Shown here: in pieces, positions 54,903 to 64,000 of the stretch
Layout: each line of letters starts with the position of its first letter
Position numbering within the stretch: the stretch's first letter is position 1
Source of the DNA: the human T2T-CHM13v2.0 reference genome, Homo sapiens
NCBI RefSeq assembly: GCF_009914755.1
Contig: NC_060939.1
Strand: one strand, 5' to 3'
Length of the DNA stretch: 64,000 nt
Position numbers and translations under genes: made by a program
The notes under the pieces: generated by a model
Database searches by the model: none
What the model saw: the letters and a program-made list of their open reading frames with translations, nothing else
Told to the model about the DNA's origin: nothing

Positions 54903-56739
54903 GTAGCTTTCTTCTTCTGTAGGTACATTCATTGAAATACATGACCAGGACAGAGGGCCAGAGAGAGGAAGAAGACATGCTGGCTCCTAGCTTCAATCTG
55001 GAAGCTACAGACCATCGGCCTGAACTAGCAACGTGGTCTCAACCCTTTCACACAAGAGTCTGGGAAAGGTAGCATGTGGTCACACAGTGAGCATGAACAG
55101 TCCTTGCTACAGGTATTGACCTACCATATGCCAGGGGAGACCAAAACCAAACCATGCAGAGGAAAAAATACCCTCTGCTGTCAAGAAGGTCACTGCATCT
55201 GGGCAAGGCCAGGTATGTTTTTGGTGTCTAAGAAAGGGCCCCACCCTGGGGAAGCCCTGAAGGAGTCTGGGGCCTGCACACAGATGATGGCCAGGGCTGT
55301 GGAGGGGTCTCAGTTGGAGAGGTGGCAGTGGAGCAGGGCTGGATGAAGGGGAGTGGGCTGCAGAGGTGAGAAGCAGAGGGGAAGGTGGTGGGAAGGAGAG
55401 GAGGAGGGAGGAGGAAGAGCTTCCTGGAGACCTGGTGCATCTAAGCCAAGTTAAGTCCCATAAGCCTGCTGTCAGCTGGGGTGGCTGGGTGGGTTGTGCT
55501 GGGGGCTGGCCCTGCCCCTGTGCTGCAGAAAGACCTCAGGGCCTTGTGCTCTCTCAAGGGATGGGCTGGGAGGCAGAACTTGATGGGGCCTGTTAGAGAT
55601 GTTACAGGCCCAGTGCGGGAAGCTGTTTTGATTAAATTTGGGAGCATAATTGCAGGGTTTGTGCTGCGGTCTCATTATGGCTTTTTAAATCTTGTTAACC
55701 TCTCCTCCCCATCTCCCAGCCCCCCTCGCTTCCCTCCACAACCACAGGCTGTGGCCTTAGAACAATACCAGGAATAGTTTCTGTCTCTCCCTCACGGCTT
55801 TCTCCTACTCCCCCAGATTAGATCCTGGAGGCCAAATGGACTGAAGGAAGGAAGCAGGGAGGAAGGCCCAGTGAGCGGAGTGGGGGTTTCATGGGGCTTA
55901 GTCACCTGGAGTGCCTCTTGGTTCGGTCCCCTTGCATCCAGCAGGGTGTCTGGTGCTTTGAGAGACACAAAGGGGTATTAGGCTTGATTTTAAGTGATTG
56001 TCCGAGTGAGTGGAGATGGGTTCAGGAATTTGAGAGTGGCTGGAAGGGATGGGCTGAGGAGGGGTGGCAGTGGCCTGGAAGGTTAGGAGGAAGTGGAGAA
56101 CAAGGGAAGAGCTTGGAATGGGCAAAGGTGCGAGGTGCCAGCTCTGCACAGGGATTCCATTAGGCAGGAGAGGCCAGGCTATGGCGCAGTCACAAATAAG
56201 CCCTGGCAGCTCAGCAGCTTCATACAATAATGGAGGTGCACTTCTTGTTCTTGAAAAGTCTTGGTGGATTGAGTGCAGAGGGATGGCTAAGTGTGGCTAT
56301 GGAGTAGGGGTGGACTGAGAGAATGGACTGTTTGGTGCCCAGGGAGGGCGTGCTGGCAGATGAGGCCAGTGCAATGGGGCGAGGTGGGGGATGAGGGTCT
56401 CCAGGCCTCTGGCTGCCATGGCTTCAGTGGTGTGGCACTGGTCTGTGAGCTCCCCTGGGGAGTGGATGCCACCCCCAGTGGGGCTGAAGGGGCAAGGTGT
56501 TGCCTGGGGAACCAGGGCTGAGGCAGCGGCCTGGGCTGTGGGGAGAAGGGGAGAGCAGGCTGGGTGGGAAGCCTGGCTCCACCCCTGCGGCTGTCTCTCC
56601 CCAGGGGCTTTCTGGCCACTCCTCTTCTCCATCTGCTTCCCCTCCCACCTCATGACTCAATCACTGTCTTCAGTCCTGACTCTGTCCTGAACTCGCCAAG
56701 CTGCGCCCATTGCCTCCCTGTAGGGTCATGGCACTTTTA

Positions 56740-57460
56740 GCCATCCAGAGTGCAGGCCTCAACCCAGACTTTCCATCACAGATGCCCCTCTGGCCCCCAC
56801 CCCATCATCCAAATGTTGATTTTGTGGATTCCTCCTGCTAAATCTCAGCTGCATCCAACCTTCCCTGTCCTGGGCCATCTGCTCACTGCTGGGCCATGTG
56901 GTCACCTTCTCACTGGTCTTTCAGCAGCTGCCCTTGCACCCTCCTCCCCCCAGTTCTTGACACTGTAGCCATAGAGGGTTATTTCCAAAATCTGGTCATA
57001 CCATTTCCTGCTTCGAACCCTTCTCTGACTCCCTCCTGGCCCCCAAGGTCCTTCACCGCAAGTTCCCGCGTATTTCATCTCCAGCTTCTCAAGGATCTCA
57101 GCAGTCTAGCAAACCAAGTCGTCCGAATGCATCATGCTTTTTTTGCAGCTCTGAGCAGCGTCGTGTAAAGCGGAGCTTAACTAGTCCTCAGATGCCACCT
57201 CTTTAAGAAGCCCCCCGGGTCTCACAGATAAAACAATCTCCCCCATCCTTTAAGCACTTTGCAATAGCCCTCACTTTCTAGCCTGTATTGCAGCAAATTA
57301 CATCCATGTTTCCTCTGTTCCACCAACTGCAAGCTCCTCACGGGCAGGGCCATCCTATTCACCACCAGCATGCTTGCCCAGATTCCACAGCTGGCACTCG
57401 GAAGGAGTGCAGGAGGGCCCCCACCTTACTGAATGAGTGAGTGAGTGAGTGAGAGCTGCT
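56740..57460. mobile_element. L2 fragments ending in (GAGT/GAAT)n
   Basis: ctcagatgccacctct...ctgcaagctcctca..ggcaggg...tactgaatgagtgagtg. Confidence 0.6.
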
Positions 57461-58709
57461 GCTGGGGCTGGGCTTTCTGTGGGAGCTGGCAGGGAAGAGT
57501 GATCAGGGACTAAACACTGGGGAACCTTTAGGGCAGAGCCTGGGCGTCGGAGCTAAGGCTTGTTGAACACTTCTAGAGCTCCAGACACTGCTGGGCAGGG
57601 AGGTCTTTCCATCAGAAGACAGAGAAGGCCCGGTCAGAGGAGGAGGAGGAGAGCCAGGGGCCACGGGCAAGCAGCACGCTGCCTCCTAGCAGGGTCCCAC
57701 TCACATGGTGGGGGAGGACACGTGTGTGGGCAGCTCCCTTGGGGCAGGAGCTGAGCCAGATATGGGAATATTGCCCTCCCCCAGGGCTGTCCTGCCGGTG
57801 TGGGGCTGTGCCTCAACAGCCATCTTGGGAAACACTGGCTTAGTTCTTCACGGCCCGGGGTGTACTAGGGGCATTCCCCAGAGCAAAGGGACAAGGGTCA
57901 GCTAAGCCATGATCCCTACTCTGTGCCAGAATGTTCATACCATCCATGGGGTCCTCTGTCTGTCCATCAAGGCCTTTGCCTCCTGCCCCTCAGCCTGTCT
58001 CTTGCCTCAGCCCAGAAAGCCTCTTCCTTCATGCATTGAGCCAGGTCTCACTCACCTTCAAGGCCTTTCTTCCAGGAAGATTTATGGGACTTGCCAACCT
58101 CCTCCTGCCACACTCTCGCCCTGTCAGTGCCAGTATACTGGTCTACTCTAGCTGCATAGCTGTCTCGGGGAGACCAAGCAGAAGGAAACAGAGAGCAAGC
58201 ATTCTCTCTGTGTGGCCCCAAGAACAGCCGGCTCTTCTGTCTTCTCTGCACATTTGTGAAACTGAGCTGGGGTGGTAGGATGAGGGCTGGACCGGGAGTC
58301 AGGACACCTAGCTCCTGGACCTGGCTTGGTTGAAGGCCTGAGCAAGCCACTTTCCTCTCTGACCTTCAGTTTCCCCATCAGTAGAATGGTGAGGTTGGGC
58401 CTGGGGGGCCTCGAAGGGCCTTCTAGCTCTGACATCACTGAACATAGACGCCTACCACAGCAGCAGCTGGTTGACGAGAGCCCAAGGGATGGTCACTGGT
58501 TACCCCAGGCAGGGTTATCTGAGCAGTGTTCCAGATGCAGGATGGCTGGGCCTCCCCAGGGGTGCAGATTTTCAGTGCCAGGAGCAAGATGCTGGCCAGG
58601 AAAGAGGGAGCAAAGGTTACTGGAGGTCAAGAGCAGAGCAACAGGTGGAACCAATGGCCTGTGTTTGCCAACCCAGGCTGGGGTGAGAGGGAAGAGAGCA
58701 CTGGGCAAC

Positions 58710-58945
58710 CTGGCCAATCAGAATGAGCATGACACTGGAGGTCTGGGTTCGAGCTGCGCTCTATCACTCAGTAGTGACAGGACTTTGGGTTAGTCATCCA
58801 AATACCTCTGGGTCCAGGTTCCCACCGTAAAATGGGGGAGAACAATTTCTACCTCACAAGGCTGTTGTGAGCATTAAATGATAGCACATGCTTGAAATGG
58901 TTTAGTAGCATCTGAGCTTAGCACATCATAGGTGCTCAATAAGTC
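58710..58945 (+). mobile_element. MIR
   Basis: ctgggttcgag...ctacctcacaaggctgttgtgagcattaaatga...ggtgctcaataa. Confidence 0.8.
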
Positions 58946-60867
58946 CTCATTCTTTCTCTCCTCCTACCCTCTCCAGTTTCCACCAAATACATTTGCTGAT
59001 CTGGCACCAGTGAGCCATACGATGGTGAATGTCAGGTCTTCCATTCCACCTGCCAAGGTGTCCGCTCAGCATGCCACAGTCCCAACACTGTGCTGTGCTT
59101 GCTTTCTTGGGGTGTCTGGTGTGGTCTTTTCCTTCAAGGCACTTAGAGTCTGCTGGAGAGACAAGACCACATTCATACTTACACAGACTAAGAAATGGAT
59201 AAATGACATTTCTCCATTACCTGGCTTTGTTGTAGGCCTGGGAAAGCCAATTTCAATGTCATTGTCCCAAGAAATGGATAAATGACATTTCTCCAAGAAA
59301 TGGCCCATGGATAATTCAGAGCGTGGTGGTTCCGTATGAACCATAAGCACTAGAGAGATGGGGGTTTCAGAAAGCAGGGTTCAGTCTGGATGGGAGTAAC
59401 CAGAGCAGTGGAGAGGCTAGGCTGCCTGTAGCCAGCTGAGTTGAGAGTAGCAGGGCTGGATTGGGACTGGGACGGGCTAGACATGGGTCAACTGCTGAGG
59501 CCAGAGGGTCTCCAGGGCACGGTGAAGCTAGGGCTTGAGGCATGCTTCTGTGGGGAGAGCCCTGGAATGCTAGATTGCAGGAGTCCAGCTCTCATGGCTA
59601 AGCCTCCTGAGCTCAGGCATGTGGAGCATGATCTTCTTCCAGGTAGCAGGTGGACAAATGGCCTTTCAACTTTTGCCAGGATTGGCTGGCATAGGATGGA
59701 GCTGATGAGAACAACTGTGGGCTATGAGGAGATGGGAGGGTGGGGCAGGAGCCAAGGTGGGGGCTACTCCCTGGACAGAAATTCAACTCCACCTCCATCT
59801 GTCATGGACCACCCCTGGCCACACAAAGGCCAAGGAAATGGGATTAACACGTGCTCAGCACCTATATGGTGCCAAGCCCATGCCTGACACTTCACCTTCA
59901 GAGGCCCATTTTCCTCATGCTGGCTCTATTATCTTCAGATCCCAGATAAGGAAACTGAGGCTTAGGGGGGGTCAAGGCCCAGAGTCTTGCAGAGAGGTGG
60001 TAGATTGAAGCCCTGCAGTCTTCCTCCTGTACCATGCTGCATCTCCATGACTTAAAGGTTGCATGCTAAGGCTTAGCATGGACTCCAGCTCTCCGCCATC
60101 TACCTCCTAGGTTGAAACTCAGCCCATCGCTGTTGAAAGCTTGCACCATGCCCTAGGCCGTGTTCCTCATTTCATCAGCCACAGTCCTGCTGGCTCATGC
60201 CTGGTTACACACGCAGCCCCCTGGAGGGCAGGGGCTGGGTCTCATTCCCGAGCCCAGTGCAGCCCTGGCACAATTCCTTCCCAGAAGCGATTCTGGTAAT
60301 TGGAGTGAGTGGTGGGTGGAACTACCCCACCCAGGCAGGTGTGTTTCTGGAATCCATGGCTGAGGTGGTTGTTGACAAGTCCGGGAGGGAGAGAGGGCGA
60401 GGAACTGCCTGCTTCCCCCAAACAGGAATTTTTCCTAATGGGCTGAGTTCTCAGCTGATGAGAGAGATGTTGGACGGACCCTAACAAGAGAAGGCTCTAC
60501 ATGCAGCACCGAGTGAGTAATTAGATACTAACTAATTTGCATTTCACAAGAGAGTCAGGGATGTTGGGGGAAAAAAAGCTGCAAAGGCCTATTGGAGAAG
60601 GGAACGCTGGGGACAAGAAGCCCCGACAGAGCCAAGGAGGAGCGGCGGTGCAGGCGTGCTGCCGGGCATTCGGTGGCACAGCTGTGGAGATGGCGGGACG
60701 GGGGCAGAAGGTCTGAAGGTCCCTGCAATGCCCTCGATGGCTCCAAACAGCAGCCTGGGCTGCCTACCATTGCCTTGGGATGCTTTTTTATTTCCATTTG
60801 GAATGGCCAGGAGGGAGACAGGAAGAAACTGAGACAGAGATGCATAGATAACTCCCAGTTTCTAGAG

Positions 60868-60995
60868 TAGGGTTAACAAAGTTTATCTGTAAAGGGTCAC
60901 CTGGTAAATATTTTAGGCCTTGTGGGCCGTACACTTTCTGTCACATATTCTTTGTAAAAGGTACAAAAATCATTCCCAACCAAAACAGACCACTG
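60868..60995. mobile_element. MER58-like fragment
   Basis: tctgtaaaggg...ggtaaatattttaggccttgtgggcc. Confidence 0.65.
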
Positions 60996-61926
60996 CTGGC
61001 CTTGATGTCTGGGTCTAGAGCTTCGTTCTCAAAATGGAACGTAAGGCCCAATATCCATTCTGCATGTCTAACAAGTTCCCAGGTGAGCATAGAACCCACT
61101 TTAATTACGGAGAGTGTGAGATCACTCTGCAGTGTGGGGCCTGCACTGGGAGGCCAGCCATTTAGGAACTGCTGATGGAAGATGCCTGCCTTGTTTGCAG
61201 AGCACAGTGGTAGCTGTAGGTCCACACACTCGGAGCTCCTTCCCGAGAAGGCCCTGCTGCCCATCTGCAGGGAGTGTAGCAGGCAGGCAGCCCCAGCTGT
61301 CAGCTCCTTCAGGGTGTCTACCTCAGCTGCAGACACCCACCTCCTTTGAAGTCATGCCCTCCCTGGGGTAGCCTGCATCTGGCGACTGAGCAGGATGCGA
61401 GTGGAAAGTCCTGGCTACTTCAGCTAGACACAGGATGACCCCCTGCTAGGTGACTGGGGCTTGGTCAAACCCGCATTGCAGTTTGCCTTCAATCTCCTTT
61501 GGCTTAATCCAACTTCTCTCCTTTTCTTTCACTGGTGCAGATCTTTAATAAACCCCTGGGACCCCAAACTCCCTCCCAGAGTTCACTCCCACAGAACCAG
61601 CCTGTGACATAGGCAATGGGAGCGCATCCTGGTTGAGGGCAATGGTGGCCACAGGTTGGGGCTTGGCACCAGCAAGATTCGCCTGGGGGCAACTACACAC
61701 CACTGTGGAAACTAGAGGCATCTCAGGTCTAAGACCTCCCAGCAGTCCCAGCATGGCCAGGAGGAGGCGGGGCAGATGGAAGCAGGAGCGCAGTGGTTCA
61801 GGGTCTGTTAACCTGGTCTGGCCTCGGCCAAAGGGGCTAATGTGCTGTGTGGCTCTGTGCAAATCACTGCTGCTCTCTGGGTCTGTATTTCCTCAAAAGT
61901 AAAATGGGCCTCACGAGCCACTATAC

Positions 61927-62431
61927 TGGCTGGTTTTCCTGTGGCTGCTGTAACAAATCACCCCAAACTTGGTGGCTTAAAACAACAGAGGTTTATTTCA
62001 CAGTTCTGGAGGACAGAAGTCAAAAATCAGCATCACTGGGCTAAAATCAAGGAGCCGGCAGGGCTGTGCTTCCTCTGGAGGCTTTAGAGGAAAATTTATT
62101 CTCACTTCTTCCAGATTCTGGGAGCTGCTAGCATCCTTTGGCTTGTGGCCTCATCACTCCGATCTTCAATATCAGCATCTTCAGATCTTTCTCAATTCCC
62201 ATCACTGTCTCTCTTCTGTGTGTCAAATTTCCCTCTGCCCGTCTCTTGTAAGGACACTTGTGATTGCATTTAGGACACACCCTGATCATCCAGGATAATC
62301 TCCCCATCTCAGATTCTCTAACTTAATCACATCTGCAAAGACTTTTTTTTTTTTTTCTCCAAATGAGGTCACATTTACAGCTCCAGGATTAGGACCTGCT
62401 GTCTTTGGGTGCCGCTATTCAGCCGACTCCT
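61927..62431 (-). mobile_element. MLT1C/D MaLR solo LTR
   Basis: gctgctgtaacaaatcaccccaaacttggtggcttaaaacaacag...cttaatcacatctgcaaagac. Confidence 0.9.
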
Positions 62432-63409
62432 CTTGCCATCTGTCTTCCTCATAGGCTTTTCAGCTCTGCTTGAGTTCTCCTTCCTGAGCTGCAGTTCTAG
62501 ATGCTGGCCCATACCATTTGCTTGCACAGCTCAGATATTCTCATTCTGCCAAAAATTATTTTTAATGTATATTGATTAAATATATGGCTGTTCTGCTCAC
62601 ACTGTTGGTCTTATTGGCAACTTCCACAACTAATATTTACTGAGCACATACTGTATGCTCCGTGTTTTACTCGAATTATCATTCTCCCGCCCAAGGAGGT
62701 AAGTACTGTTATAATCCGCATCATGCAGGTAGGGAGACCAGGGACAGAGAAGTGAAGTGGCCCATGTCCACCGACATGGTGCTGGGAGCGGGAACGCTCT
62801 GGTTGTCTGAGTAAAGGTCCTTCTCATCTCCCACACATACTCCCTCCCCAGCATGAATAGGGCTTCTATTTGGAACTATTTACAAAGTCCGGTTGTTTTT
62901 GAACTTTGGAACAAATTTCCTATCAGATTCTACACATTGCAGACATAACACAGGAAGGGCTGTTCTAGAAAGCTGAAGATCCAATTCTAAGAGCCAGGGG
63001 GATGCGGTTCGTTTTGGGCTGCATTTGTGACTTCTGCCATCAAGCCAAGCCCAGGCAGGGAGGAAGGGGCATCCCAGGCTCTCATCTGCCCGTTTGACAG
63101 CACATCTCCATGGCTCTTAATTACTCTTCCAACTTTGAACTGTTTGGGACTTTGAAGATCAGCCCTTGTTCCTGTTAAATGTTTAGGTTGAGCTTCTGGG
63201 TTCAGCGATTTATTCATCAGCAAATGAGCCAGCACACGTTGCTAGTCATAGACACTTGTATTTACGCTTTGTCCTGACTTCAATTTCAGACCCTAGAAGT
63301 ACTTATATGTAAAAAATTGTGTCAGTCCACGTAAGAAAACTACTGTGGGAGTGTTTACAAATGATTATCTTGTGCATAAGCTTCTAAGATTATCTTCTAA
63401 AACCATAAA

Positions 63410-63519
63410 GTGCTCGCATCAGCAGCACACAGACTAAAAAACTGGAACAATACAGAGAAGATTAGCATGGCCCCTGTGCAAGGATGACAAAACTCATGAA
63501 GTGTTCCATATAGATTTTT
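63410..63519 (+). pseudogene. U6 snRNA retropseudogene (RNU6-type), nearly full length
   Basis: GTGCTCGC..CAGCACA...ACAGAGAAGATTAGCATGGCCCCTG.GCAAGGATGACA...GAAG.GTTCCATAT. CpG decay and small indels; no TATA at about -30; imperfect TSD aaaaccataa / aaaatcccataa. Confidence 0.95.
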
Positions 63520-63659
63520 AAAATCCCATAAGTAGAAAAGTGGATGGGCCCCTTTAAGAGTATCGCCGTCGAGAGGGAACTGAATTTTAAAAACAAGCAT
63601 GCAAGCAAACCTCAAGGTTAAAACGTATGAAGCTGGTCTATGCACATCTTATTGCTCTG

Positions 63660-64000
63660 GATGGGAAGAGCAGCAGAGCAAATGGGCTTCAGGGGGTTGG
63701 GGGCATGGAGCATTTGCCAAGCTGGTGCCAAGAATGGATGCAGGCACATGGGAAGGAAGGGTTGTGCTGGCCATGGGGGGCTTTGTAGACAACACCGAGG
63801 GCTTGAACTTAATTTTCAAGGCCACAGGGCACCTCTGCAAGATTTTAAGCTGAACAGTGACGTGTTCATGTGCTTTAGAAATATTTTTCTGGCTGTGATA
63901 ATGGCCACAGCAAGAGGTGAAGAGGGCCTGGATTCCTGTTGATAAACAGTAAGGACTGGGTTTGAGCGAGAGGCCAGTCCAGCTAGGAGTTGGCTATAGA
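63660..64000. mobile_element. L2 fragment
   Basis: gggcttgaacttaattttcaagg..cagggcacctctgcaagattttaagc. Confidence 0.55.

Noticed and set aside
63410-63519. Functional U6 gene
   Set aside because: Multiple substitutions and indels, and no upstream TATA/PSE visible.

Overview
Non-coding primate (probably human/ape) euchromatic DNA, judged by AluY/AluS/AluJ, MIR, L2, L1M, MaLR/ERV solo LTRs and MER DNA-transposon fossils. I found no credible protein-coding exon: the supplied ORFs look like chance or repeat-derived frames. Recognisable non-TE items are a 6 x 68-bp minisatellite (179-587), a U6 snRNA retropseudogene (63410-63519) and several repeat-free, TF-motif-dense blocks that look like developmental enhancers. 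The most unusual signal is a cluster of three locally templated insertions within about 16 kb. Each copies a non-mobile piece of neighbouring DNA that spans a repeat junction, sits about 0.9-4.6 kb from its donor, and is bounded by a short target-site duplication. They are 6594-6888 (from 11198-11494), 9257-9462 (from 10111-10335) and 20865-20999 (inverted, from 22001-22129). A possible fourth event lies at 59190-59303. Repeat subfamily names come from my memory of the consensus sequences, identities are by-eye estimates, and I could not identify the locus.
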